From an uncultured archaeon (GTDB lineage: Archaea > Asgardarchaeota > Lokiarchaeia > Sigyniarchaeales > SOKP01), in contig CAZGJX010000044.1 of the NCBI GenBank assembly GCA_964525635.1, forward strand, positions 1-32,431: a stretch of 32,431 nucleotides of DNA, in the 5' to 3' direction. The notes under the pieces were generated by a model. That model saw nothing but the letters and a program-made list of their open reading frames with translations, did no database searches and was not told the DNA's origin. This document shows positions 1 through 10,535 of the stretch, piece by piece (position 1 is the stretch's first letter; each line of letters starts with the position of its first letter). The position numbers and the translations under genes are program-made.

Positions 1-412
1 GGAAGAGACGAGATATTTGTTCTGAATGCGTCCCAAATCGTCGTATAATTTTGGTAACCGTATCACGATGGACATTACAGATACGAGCAGTTGCCCGTGT
101 ACCATTCCCTTCCACAAGACAACGGATAATTGTTATAATTTTCTCATCAGGTAAATGAAATCCAAAAAAGGGAGTTCCTTTTCGTTCAGAAAACGTTTTT
201 TTACACGTTTTACATACAAAAAGATTTTGAGATGCTTTTGTTCCATATTTACGTCTAAAGAGGACATTTCCTTTCCCGATGATTCCATATGATTCACAGT
301 GTTCATTTGGACATGCTAATTCGTTTGATATTTCTTCCATTTGCTTTTTATATTGAGTTTTCTCCTCTTCTTGTGGGGGTTCTCTTTCTTGTAAGAGCTG
401 ATGTTCTATCAT
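1..412 (-). mobile_element. IS1-family-like transposase, N-terminal part (runs off window start)
   Basis: Not in ORF track. Manual translation from ATG 412 (preceded by GGAG): MIEHQ...LACPNEHCESYG...FVCKTCKKTFSERKGTPFFGFHL...CLVEGNGTRATARICNVHRDTVTKI, an InsA-like Zn-ribbon plus HTH. The element end is not firmly located (possibly near 490). Confidence 0.75.
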
Positions 413-503
413 ATTATCTCCATAATATGAGAGGAGATAGTTTATAATAAAAGAAAGTGATATGGAGGTATATAAGAATTATAGGACACTAAGAAAAAAT
501 GAA

Positions 504-1385
504 CTATGGTGCTATTTTAAATTTTGCGATATGCTGAGCGGAACGCTGTTGAAGGGGAATAACACATTGTCCAATGAATTTTCTTCCATGTAATTCTGCT
601 CTGTATACCTTGTAGAACCCATCATCGTGCTCCAACAACTCAAGTCTGTCAAGAGTTCCGAAGCTTGATTTTCCTATCCATGCATCTTCGATCTTTAAAT
701 CATCTACAACTCTGCTGATAAATAGATCTGCAATAAGAGTAATTTCTGCGCCATTTTCTCCGTTGGTACAATCTTCTCTTCCAAAATCACCCATTCTTTT
801 GAAGAACTCATAATACTCCTTTCCTGAATTTATATTCAATATTTTGCAGATCTCTACTAAAGGAGTATCCAATTTTTCTATTAATATTTGTATAAACTTT
901 CTCATCCTCTCTGAAGCGTTATATTTAATCAAATCAGCCAAAGCAGGCTCCAATAACTCCCTTATGAAGCTCAGCCCGATTAAAGATATTTCTCTTAAAT
1001 GTATCTTTTCTCCTTCCCGATAATTCCATAACTTCTCTTTAAATTCTTTTAAATAAGGTTGTCGAAGTCTCCCATATTCAGGATCATCATATATCCAATC
1101 AATTAACTCAACCTCTACTTCAGTTAGGATATCAATTCGTACCTCTTTTGGAATCTTGGTTCCTAGTTTCATGATTAAGAAGCCTAAGGCTAACGGTCCT
1201 TGATGCTCATTACGATGAAAGGAAAGTTTAACGATTTCGTCAAAATGAGTGTTAAAGAGCTCTGGAGTTAGGATTGAGTTATCCAACAGATATTCAAAAA
1301 AGTCTAATCCACATATCTCAACTATTTTTGCCTCAATATCTAGAAAATAATCATTGCCGCTAATTGTTGGCGACCATGTTCCCAT
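504..1385 (-). CDS. Hypothetical protein; N-terminus resembles DUF4259-type MGxW..ND motif
   Basis: Long ORF (track 504..1448). Likely start is ATG 1385 giving MGTWSPTISGND. The family resemblance is weak. Confidence 0.55.
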   Translation of the reverse strand: MGTWSPTISGNDYFLDIEAKIVEICGLDFFEYLLDNSILTPELFNTHFDEIVKLSFHRNEHQGPLALGFLIMKLGTKIPKEVRIDILTEVEVELIDWIYDDPEYGRLRQPYLKEFKEKLWNYREGEKIHLREISLIGLSFIRELLEPALADLIKYNASERMRKFIQILIEKLDTPLVEICKILNINSGKEYYEFFKRMGDFGREDCTNGENGAEITLIADLFISRVVDDLKIEDAWIGKSSFGTLDRLELLEHDDGFYKVYRAELHGRKFIGQCVIPLQQRSAQHIAKFKIAP

Positions 1386-1574
1386 ATTATTTTCACTATA
1401 TATTAACAATTTTAATTTCATATTAATTATTGTCCTAAATAATCCCACTGTTTTTAAACAAAAAAATATTGATTTAAATTGAAATAAAATTGTTAAAAAG
1501 ACAATATATTTAAATTTAAAATACTTGAATTTGCACTCAAGCGTTTTTTAAGTCTTAAATAAAGTTAGGATAAT

Positions 1575-4500
1575 TTAAATTAATTTCTTTTTCTTATTGA
1601 TTATCCATATTAATCCTATTATAGGCATCCATATAATTAAGATATAGGTTGGACCAAAAGGAATTGATTCTGGATTCTCAAAGGGAATTTCATCATTATT
1701 ATATACATCAATAACAATTGAACCATTAATATAATTTGAATACTCATCCCATGCTTCTATTGTTAAAACATGAAATCCATTGGTAAGATTTACAATCATT
1801 GAACCTGATTCAAATGAGTCTACTTCTTCACCATTAAGATAAAAATTATAAGACCCTCCTTGCGAATCAATAGAGAATAAGACATCAGTATTGTTGTCAT
1901 TAATGGATTGATATTGAAATGGATATTCAAAAATTAAGATTGGATTGGTTCTATTCCAATATAATTTCATTTCAGAAGCGAAATATTCCGAAGTCTGGTT
2001 TGTAAAAATAATACATGTATAATTCCCTAAAATTAAATCGCTATGAGTAAAATACCACTTTCCTATACCCCCGCTATGTAATATTAGTGAATATAAGGAT
2101 AAATCAGGCCTAATAATTTGAACATGTATATTTTCTGTAGACATGGTTACATTGGAATTATCATAGTCATATATAGAAAATTGAGTTGTTATTTCTTTTC
2201 CAACAGGTAATTCATTTAAATATTTAGCAACTTCTATAAATGGTGTTTTTCTGGCAATAAAATTATCGACAATAGGACCAAATTGATTATAAATTTCAGA
2301 GTATCCTATAACCGATACCGAGTAGTCACCAATCTGGTCTATTAATATATATCCTTGATAAACGCCTTCTCCGATGTTTGTTAATGTAATTAGAGAAGTA
2401 GTTAAGTCTGGTTTTGTTATTGTAGCTTCTAACGTAAGTCCATTAAGAAGAGCACTGGTATTTTGGTCTCTACAAGTGATTTTAATAAGTGTACTTTCCC
2501 CTATAGGAGTATCATCTATTGGTGTCAATGTGGGTGAAATACTACCCTTAACAATTAAAGTAGGGCTATTCGAGTAATAATGCATTTCCATTCCTAATCC
2601 ATTATCACCTGTAAATGCCCATGCATCTCCCTGATTAAAGACATAGATTCCAGGTGTATCGATATGGATAATCGATTTAAATTGAAAATCTCCTTGAGCG
2701 TGACCAAAAGTTGCACTTAACCATTGTGGATGACTGATTGCTGACTGATCAAATACAAAACCTGAAGGTAAATAGTAATCAAATTGAAAATCAGATAAGA
2801 CAGTACCAGAGATAAAATCCCAATAATTATATAAACAAACTTTTTGGCTTGTATTAATTGTGTATTCATGATGACGTTCTTCTATAAATTGGTCTTGAGC
2901 AAATCCTAAATCATATATTACTTCTGTCTTGCCCGATTTTATACGCAATTGTATAGTATCTACAGTAATAGAACCTGATGCTGCTGATAAACGAACACCT
3001 ACATAATTAGCCCCACTTGCAAAAAAAGTAGGTTGGGATGTCCATTCATGAAATTCTGCAAATCCTATGTCTCCCGGTCCAAATGTAGGATCTGCTATAT
3101 GATCATTCATTAAAACTCCATTTAGATTAACTGAAAAAGTTCCACTTGCCTCTGAATCAATAACTGTTATAATTACATCACTATAAGCTAAGATATCATT
3201 ACATTGAGCAACTTGAGCTGATGATAATGTGAATGAAATATAAGTCCAAGCACCAGAGCTTGAAATTACATATGGTCCGGTGTTAAATCCTCCAGGATTT
3301 ACATAATACCCATCAAGTTCATTTACATACACAGTAATTGCAACTGACCTTGTAATTCCTAGAATTGTAATATCTGCATATATGATATATGTTCCCGCTG
3401 AAAGCCCTCCTGGTACATTTGCTGTAACAGCGACTTTTTCTGTAGATTCCGCATTAAGAGTAAAGCTAGAGCCTAAGGTGATAATTCCATAAGTATCACT
3501 TCTTTCTGTCACTGTACAAGGTTGATTCTCTAATTCCAAATTGGTAACTTCAAAACTTCTCTCATTAGATTCGCCAGGAGTGAGGTAAAAAGCTACTGCA
3601 GTACTCTGCAACTCCCAAGATATATATCTGTCGATTACATGTAATTCTATGGGGGTGCTTACACAGCTTCCATAGGTATTTCCTTCATCATACTGAGCTA
3701 GAAAAAGATAATCTCCCGGAGCTAGATTCATTGTAGTAAACTGATATGCGTATCCATTATTTGCTGTCGATGTATCTGAAGTAAAAAAATTCCAATCCTC
3801 TCCACCATTGTTAGAATAGATAAAATTGATTATTTGTCCTTCAATTCCACTACCCTCTCTTGTCCGTAAAAAACCACAAAATTCTACTAAATCGCCAATA
3901 AAACAGTGTTTTTCCCCAAAGTTAATTGAGAAATCATCTATTCTTGTATTAGACTTATAAATATGTAATACGGTCTCCCCACTTTTAACTTCTGAAAACT
4001 CACCTTGAGCATATGCTTTTGCTCTTATATAATAAGTACCAGGATCAAGATTCTGATTCCAAGCTATTTTGACTTCTCCGTATCTATTAGTCTGACTTGA
4101 GGTAATAGTGTGCCAATTATCTGGATCAGATTGTGATGCATATTGAAAATAAATCGTGTAGCTATCTATGGGGTCCCAATTATTCAAACGCGCTTTCGCT
4201 TTAAGATTAACTGATTCTCCTTGTTTCGACATACCACTGCCATCGTTTACTGATATATCATAAATTTTAGCGTTTTTATGTGTATAGACTCTATTAGCGT
4301 CGCCTTTAAATGGATACCATGACGGACTAATGGACCATCCAAATACATCTGCTATGAATGTTATTTGGGGGTATAGATTATTTTCAAAATAACTTCCTAT
4401 TGCATCAACTCCGTATTCTATATAACCTCCTCCACCAAAAGTTAACCTTAAAATATCTTCAGAAAACCCTGGAGGTCTTGATGCAATATAAAAATTTGGA

Positions 4501-5324
4501 TTTAACGTTACTCTTGAAGTTGTTGCTCCACTACTTCCAGTCTCAAACTCTAAGACAATATTAAGTGCAGGACCTATATAAATTGTATCTTGAATATTAA
4601 TATTTAAGCTGTTACATAATTAAACTCCTAAATCATAGAGAAAAGAAAGATGTGGTACTAAAGCAGTTATTAGAAATTTTAAGACATCACCTTTTAAACC
4701 AAATTCAAAATTTAGCGTTAATGAAAAACTGGGTATTATCCACTCATCTGTATCCATATTATATAATATACTCACTGATCCGGAACCATTAAGTGTAAAA
4801 TAAGGAATTATACTCATTCCTCTTGCTATTTCTACTAGAGAGGGATTTAAGAAAAGTTTTAAAAATCCTAGATCATCAGCAACTTCCAAAAAATTAAAAT
4901 TATTATAATTTTGCTCCACAATTTCATTTTCTAATGAAACAGTAATTACATGAATTTCCTCATGTATTGGATCAATCTCTATAGATACGGTTAAATCTAA
5001 ATTAAACGTAAAAGGTCCTAATGGAATAGGTATTGTTAATAATTTTGGAGTTGTAACTGATAATCCGACATGTTCTATAATATAAGAGAACATACCCGAA
5101 AAAATATCATCAAATCCAGCATCTTCTAACTTATTTGAATTTTGATTAGTAGAAATTTTTAAATTTCCTCGCTCTTTATTATAATCCTTATACAACCCTG
5201 TAATTAGTTTTGCCTCATAATTACGTGAGTTAGGATTCATTTCATTTAATAAAAAATAAGACATTAATGAATTGTTAAAAATAAGAAATAAGAGAAATAT
5301 TCCAATGACTTTATTTTGTTTAAT
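1575..5324 (-). pseudogene. Large secreted, C-terminally anchored surface protein with Ig-like/beta-sandwich domains, interrupted by one in-frame TAA (4620-4622)
   Basis: Track ORFs 4620..5264 and 1575..4232 share a frame, and the 129 codons between them (4619-4233) are open. An N-terminal hydrophobic segment lies upstream of 5264, and the C-terminus is TM+KKKK. Confidence 0.75.
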
Positions 5325-5517
5325 ATATATCCTCCTCTTTAGAATTTAACGATTAAATAATTACTATTTTGATTCTTATACAGATTTGTTTTATAATTCT
5401 TGTAATATTAGATCAGAGAGAATTATTTAAACCTTTACTATAGTGTCTTTATAGATATCAGAACTTATTCTGAAACTATTAAATTTAAGACTAAAAAAGC
5501 ATTGGTCTTTCTTAAGG

Positions 5518-6693
5518 CTATTTGTATAAATAAATAATATGTTCAATCTTGTCTAATTTATCAAATATCCATTCTTTAAATTCCTGAAAGTTATCAATTG
5601 ATGGTGGTTCGTTATCAGGACTATGTTGAAAACTTTCTTGGTTAATAATTTCATGATTATTATTCGCCCCTATCTTTAGATAATCAATATTGCAAATAAT
5701 ATTCATAATATCTTTATTTGGAATTCTTAAACTTCTTAAAAGTTCTTCAAAATCAGTGAGATCACTATCTTTAAGTCGATAATTGGTGTTTCTCATCTGA
5801 ACCCAATCCTGTAAAAAATCGGAAGAAATTCCATCTTTCCAATGATTTGTTCTTAAGTAATTATATAATGATAAAGGATTATATAATTGGTCAAGCTCTA
5901 AATTACTTGGATTGACATGTTGACTTCGATAATTATGAAGTGTCTGAACAAATTCATTTGCTATTTGGAGATTCTTAGAGATGATTGATTCGTACTCATC
6001 TGAGAAATCTAAGAAATCTTTATTTGTTTTCGAGAACCTGTTTGTACCATCGTCTTTGAGTAATTTACGTGGAATCTCAATTTGATAGTACGATGATGTG
6101 AATTCTATTATCTTATTCCAATATTTTTTATTATAACTACTTAGAAATTTTGGTATATTCTTTGACTCATAATTATCATTTAACTCCATGTATATTTGAG
6201 TGGCAGTATTCTTAATTTGTTGGAGCTTATCTTTTAAAATAATAGAATTTTTAGATGAGGATATCAATAAATTTTCAAATTCAAGCTCTTTTTCATTGAA
6301 TTCTATATTAATGAATTTTTGCATTTTCTTATTATAAAAGATAAATTCCTGCCCGTTGGCTAGCTGGGAGACATTTTCATTGACATTGAGGATACATTTT
6401 ATATTTGAAAGTTCTAAAAGCTCTTTTAACTTATCTTTGTTGAGGTTATAAATCAAAAAGAGATTAGGTGTCTGAGAATAATTTGCTCCTGAATCACTTG
6501 TCAACATATCTTTTAGATTAAAAAGAGCCGTTGATTCCAAGTCTATTAAATTGTAGCCAATTGTGAAATTATCAAATGAACTTAGGTGCTTTAAATCCAC
6601 ATGGGGAAAGATAACTAAGTTTTTTTGTTGAAAAAACACCAAATTAAGAAATTCAGGAGTAATAAAATCTAGATCTGAGTCCACTCTAATCAC
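5518..6693 (-). CDS. Hypothetical protein (391 aa)
   Basis: Long ORF, GTG start, upstream TATA motif at 6759-6773. No recognised domain. Confidence 0.75.
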   Translation of the reverse strand: MIRVDSDLDFITPEFLNLVFFQQKNLVIFPHVDLKHLSSFDNFTIGYNLIDLESTALFNLKDMLTSDSGANYSQTPNLFLIYNLNKDKLKELLELSNIKCILNVNENVSQLANGQEFIFYNKKMQKFINIEFNEKELEFENLLISSSKNSIILKDKLQQIKNTATQIYMELNDNYESKNIPKFLSSYNKKYWNKIIEFTSSYYQIEIPRKLLKDDGTNRFSKTNKDFLDFSDEYESIISKNLQIANEFVQTLHNYRSQHVNPSNLELDQLYNPLSLYNYLRTNHWKDGISSDFLQDWVQMRNTNYRLKDSDLTDFEELLRSLRIPNKDIMNIICNIDYLKIGANNNHEIINQESFQHSPDNEPPSIDNFQEFKEWIFDKLDKIEHIIYLYK

Positions 6694-6827
6694 CTAATCT
6701 ATTTTAATCATTTAAAAATCGAATCCTATTTAGCAATAAATAGTATTAGAGATGGTCTTATATAAAGAAAAAATCTTGATGTAGATAGAAAATAGAGAAT
6801 TTAATTAAAACAAAATAAAAAAGAAAA

Positions 6828-7484
6828 TTAAGAAAAATTAAATATATTAAATAGAACTTGCCCGAGTAGGTCTCGAAAGGTTTCTATAACATTTATTCCT
6901 TGAATCGCTACTGTAGGATACACAATTAGAGTACTATCGGAATATTTTTCTTCCATAGGGAGATGTAGTTGCTGTTTAAATTCCTCAATGCTGATCTTTC
7001 TGTGTAAATCCTGCTTATTAAGTTGGATTACGTAGGGAACACCTCTCGATTTGGAAAAACTTAACAATTCCCTGAAACTGCGTTTGTTTTGCTCCATGAT
7101 CTTAGGATGGGAATCTGCAACAAAAATAATTCCATCTGCTCCATTAAGCACATATTCCCTTGTCGAAAGAAATCGTTCCTGACCAGTACAAGTAACCACA
7201 TGAACTATAATAGTAAAGTCTCTTTGATTTATAGTGGCTTCAAAGGATAAGAACAGGGAATCTTGCCATAGAGTTCTTCCATCATTTGTCTCAATTGAAT
7301 ATCCTTCAGTTACTCGCTCAGTGGAAAATTTCTCTTTTAACCTAAAAAAATTAGTTGTTTTTCCTGATTCTCCTGGTCCCCAATAAACAATTTTTAATTG
7401 AATTAAATTACCAAGGAAAAGACTATGTCTTGTATTTTCCATAGTATTAGTATCCATTTCTGATTCTGATATATTTTTAAGCAC
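6828..7484 (-). CDS. MglA-like small GTPase (Ras/Arf superfamily)
   Basis: KIVYWGPGESGKTTN (G1, cf. MglA KIVYYGPGLxGKTTN), TCTGQERF (G3 lacking Asp, as in MglA), NKQD (G4). GAGGTGA SD before the GTG start. Confidence 0.85.
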   Translation of the reverse strand: MLKNISESEMDTNTMENTRHSLFLGNLIQLKIVYWGPGESGKTTNFFRLKEKFSTERVTEGYSIETNDGRTLWQDSLFLSFEATINQRDFTIIVHVVTCTGQERFLSTREYVLNGADGIIFVADSHPKIMEQNKRSFRELLSFSKSRGVPYVIQLNKQDLHRKISIEEFKQQLHLPMEEKYSDSTLIVYPTVAIQGINVIETFRDLLGQVLFNIFNFS

Positions 7485-7505
7485 TTTATATCACCTCTGA
7501 TGAGT

Positions 7506-8054
7506 CTATGTTAACATACTCAGTTTATCTTTGAATATCTCTTTCTTGAGCTCTTTTATATGTTCTTTTAACTCTTTCTCTGTCATCTTAAGGGTATTTT
7601 TTATGGTTCCTGATTGCTCGATCTCTTTTTTAATTATAGGAGCAAATTTTTGCATTTGAAGGATCATAACTCCAATATTGACATCATTATCGCACAATAG
7701 AATTATAAGAATTTCTCTCTTTTCTTCATGATTAATTTTAATATTAGTTATAGATTTTACAAATAATTGCATATTGTTGTAGATAATAGTTGCTCTGTCT
7801 AAATAATCAGCTTCGAAAAAATCCTGCCCTTGTCTTGCCACACCATACATCGCAGCACCAATTGAACTGAGATCCCAGTAATTAAGTTTTCTGTCGAATC
7901 GAGAATCTACTGCGATAATTTTGGCATCCTGATCAACTGCAATAATCCCGTAGATATATCCTTTCCTCGTGAGTTTTCCATAATTATCTCGAATCTCATC
8001 AAGAATAGTACTTATTTTATTTTTATATAATACTTTAGGTATTTGTATTACCAT
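7506..8054 (-). CDS. Roadblock/LC7 (MglB-like) protein
   Basis: GIIAVDQDAKIIA..LSSIGAAMYGVA..LIILLCDNDVNIGVM pattern; directly upstream of the MglA-like GTPase. Confidence 0.75.
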   Translation of the reverse strand: MVIQIPKVLYKNKISTILDEIRDNYGKLTRKGYIYGIIAVDQDAKIIAVDSRFDRKLNYWDLSSIGAAMYGVARQGQDFFEADYLDRATIIYNNMQLFVKSITNIKINHEEKREILIILLCDNDVNIGVMILQMQKFAPIIKKEIEQSGTIKNTLKMTEKELKEHIKELKKEIFKDKLSMLT

Positions 8055-8161
8055 GACTTTATCTCCAAATAAAATTATTTTAAAGTGAAATATTGTCGGG
8101 AGTATTTAAAGAAAAAAAAGAAAATGCACATAAAAAGATAGATATATATTCAAAGATATTA

Positions 8162-9088
8162 CTATATAATTTTTATTTTGGATCTTTTGGTGAAATGAAC
8201 TTCTTTCTCATTATTTCTATCATTGTTTTTTATCATTACGTTGGAAATTTTTATTAATATATCATTTTCAATTGATTTAAGAACCTCTATAGCCTTTAGA
8301 TCCCAAACTAAGACAATTATATTTCCAGTATCATCTATAAGTTGGAACTTTAGTAAAAAAGACTTCTCTCCATTTTTCTTATTAAATTCTTTAAAATCAT
8401 CTATTTTTACATATCCACTCACAGAATCAATAAATCCTTCTTTATTGAATAAATCTTTAATATGTGTACTATTCACATGGGAAAGGGAATATCCATTTCC
8501 ATTACCTAATTCAATTTTTTGCAATTGTTTCTTTATTTTATCATCAATATCACTTGGTGCTAAAATTAGTGTTCCTATTTTCCCCATATGGATTTCAAGT
8601 CCCCCATTCAACCCTTTTTTTGAATATCCATTAATAACTCTTACAATTTCACCTTTTTGAAAGAATTCAGTATCTATAATTTTAACATGTTCACCCCATA
8701 CTACAATTTTAATTGATCCTGAAGTATCAGCTAGTATAAATGATCCAACAAGTCCAGGAGTATTATCTTTTCTTATAAAAGATTTTATTTGAAAAATATT
8801 GGTAATCTTACCAAGAATCACTATGTTGCTCATCCCCTCTTGAAGGTCACTTAGAGGCATAGTAAACTCATTATAATCAATCTCTTTTTCAATTTCAGAG
8901 TAGAGATCAGGATCAATATCAGGAGATTGAATTTTAAGACCCTTTTCTTTTGCAATAAGAAATAATGCTCCTTGTTCTGTTATAAATCCATGAAATTCTG
9001 ACTTCTTTCTCTTAATTTCATTATTTAATTCTTCCTCTGAGAAACCCTTGTTGATTAAACACTGATAAACTTCTTCAATATCACTCAT
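8162..9088 (-). CDS. rpa: Replication protein A-like ssDNA-binding protein (two OB folds)
   Basis: N-terminal GFITEQGALFLIAKEKG; OB motifs FIRKDNTPGLVGSFILADTSGSIKIVVW and LIDDTGNIIVLVW. Probable start ATG 9088 overlaps the upstream stop. Confidence 0.85.
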   Translation of the reverse strand: MSDIEEVYQCLINKGFSEEELNNEIKRKKSEFHGFITEQGALFLIAKEKGLKIQSPDIDPDLYSEIEKEIDYNEFTMPLSDLQEGMSNIVILGKITNIFQIKSFIRKDNTPGLVGSFILADTSGSIKIVVWGEHVKIIDTEFFQKGEIVRVINGYSKKGLNGGLEIHMGKIGTLILAPSDIDDKIKKQLQKIELGNGNGYSLSHVNSTHIKDLFNKEGFIDSVSGYVKIDDFKEFNKKNGEKSFLLKFQLIDDTGNIIVLVWDLKAIEVLKSIENDILIKISNVMIKNNDRNNEKEVHFTKRSKIKII

Positions 9089-9689
9089 TTTTAGATAAAA
9101 CGCCTTTTTCAATTAAAATATTTTTTGTGCGGTAAAAAGCATAAGCAGAGCAATTTGTTATCGCCCGAATATTTGTATTCATCAATTTTCTTGAATTAAA
9201 GCTATCCTTAAGATCTGTTATAAAGACCAGTATAGCTAATTGAGTCGAAATTTGAGGCCATAAATGAGTTGTATTAAAAAATTTATGAAGTATCTTTAGG
9301 TTTTTTCTTGCTCTCTTATAATCAAAGACAGGAGCTAATCTATGAAGCTTATGAAGATAAATTTTAACTTTTGTGTATATATTATTTTTTTTTAGATCCC
9401 ATTTGATTTTACACCGTTTTAAAAACATCTGAAACGATTTTAAATCTCTTAGAAATTTTTCAATAATATTTTTAGTAATATTATAATGGGCAACCGTATT
9501 AGTAGAGATCAGCTCATATTGCCTTTCAGATAAGCAAGGTACGATTTCAGTCTCGTAATTCACATATGTAATTGAATACTTTCGAAGTGTATAATCTAAA
9601 ATGCTCTGTTTGATTTTTTTATAGTTTATTGAGCATTCAATCATCTGAGATTCCTTATCTTTAATGGCCAATGTAAATACATTCGTCAT
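9081..9689 (-). CDS. Hypothetical basic protein; C-terminus weakly resembles a TFB/cyclin-fold repeat
   Basis: PQISTQLAILVFI...LMNTNIRAITNCSAYAF pattern; coupled to rpa; promoter motif at 9746-9761. Confidence 0.55.
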   Translation of the reverse strand: MTNVFTLAIKDKESQMIECSINYKKIKQSILDYTLRKYSITYVNYETEIVPCLSERQYELISTNTVAHYNITKNIIEKFLRDLKSFQMFLKRCKIKWDLKKNNIYTKVKIYLHKLHRLAPVFDYKRARKNLKILHKFFNTTHLWPQISTQLAILVFITDLKDSFNSRKLMNTNIRAITNCSAYAFYRTKNILIEKGVLSKNE

Positions 9690-9764
9690 ACTCTTTTTCT
9701 CTCTTTTATTAAGATTGTATATTTAGAAAAGAAAAAGTGTGGTTATATTTAAAGAAAAAAATCT

Positions 9765-9883
9765 GGGTAGGTACAAATGTTAGTGATAAAAATGCATAAA
9801 TTGATTTATTTTAGAATATTTCTCCTAAAATTATAATTTAATAAAAGAATATATTCTTCCATCACTGAATTTTGTAGGCACCC
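9765..9883 (+). mobile_element. MITE copy A (119 bp, 23-bp imperfect TIRs)
   Basis: Near-identical to 12547-12665 and to the reverse complement of 15507-15626. Ends GGGTAGGTACAAATGTTAGTGAT...ATCACTGAATTTTGTAGGCACCC. Confidence 0.9.
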
Positions 9884-9889
9884 TTTTTT

Positions 9890-10527
9890 GGGTAAGTACA
9901 AAATTCAGTGATGGTAAATTAAAATTAATTTTAGGTCTTAAGTTTCCATTAAAGAAACTTAGAAAATTCAAATAATTGTTATTTTAAATATTTTGTATCA
10001 ACTTTAACGTCATAATCAGGATGTATACAAAGTCCTTTAAACTCTATTGCTTTAGGTTCAAATAAAAACCTTACAGGAACATTACAGTCTAATCCTTTTT
10101 GTATTTCCATAGCAGTAGAAAGTCCAGCATAACCTTTTTTGTTATATACAAGAAGTAAATCAGCATACTCAATTAACCTTTTAAAAATCATGTGATTCTT
10201 AGCTTTTTCAATTAGCTCAACACTTTTATTATATACATCATCACTTGGTTCAAAAACTTTTTTATATCTATCATTTATCAACTTCTTAGATAATGCTGTC
10301 ATCTTTTGTTTAAATCTCATTGAACCACTAATTATTATTGTTTCAATTTTATTATCACAACTCAACTGGCTCACCTTGTCTTTGATTTTCAGATTTTTAT
10401 AATATAATTTATTTAACCTAAAATATATGAAGAGTCTTCTTATTTTTTAATATTATATTCATCACAATTTAAATTATCATAAAATCTTGTTAATTTTTAG
10501 TTTTATCACTAAATTTTGTACAGAACC
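9890..10527. mobile_element. Non-autonomous gene-carrying element 1 (same TIR family)
   Basis: TIRs at 9890-9912 and 10505-10527 (19/23 match). The composite 9765-10527 is flanked by AAAAATCT (9757-9764 and 10528-10535). Confidence 0.8.
9979..10374 (-). CDS. Nucleoside 2-deoxyribosyltransferase-like (Rossmann) small protein, cargo gene
   Basis: IIISGSMRF...IEYADLLLVYNKKGYAGLSTAMEI motif. Confidence 0.6.
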   Translation of the reverse strand: MSQLSCDNKIETIIISGSMRFKQKMTALSKKLINDRYKKVFEPSDDVYNKSVELIEKAKNHMIFKRLIEYADLLLVYNKKGYAGLSTAMEIQKGLDCNVPVRFLFEPKAIEFKGLCIHPDYDVKVDTKYLK

Positions 10528-10535
10528 AAAAATCT

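Noticed and set aside
482-493. GGACACTA as the terminal IR of the IS1-like element
   Set aside because: The other end lies outside the window, so it cannot be verified.
2374-2577. Track ORF on + strand
   Set aside because: Antisense shadow of the surface-protein gene.
4358-4564. Track ORF on + strand
   Set aside because: Antisense to the open-frame segment of the split surface gene.
4600-4640. BHB intron or recoding at the TAA in the surface-protein gene
   Set aside because: No 4-bp helix with two 3-nt bulges found by eye, and TAA is a normal stop elsewhere in the window.
8223-8660. 145-aa + strand ORF
   Set aside because: Antisense shadow of rpa.
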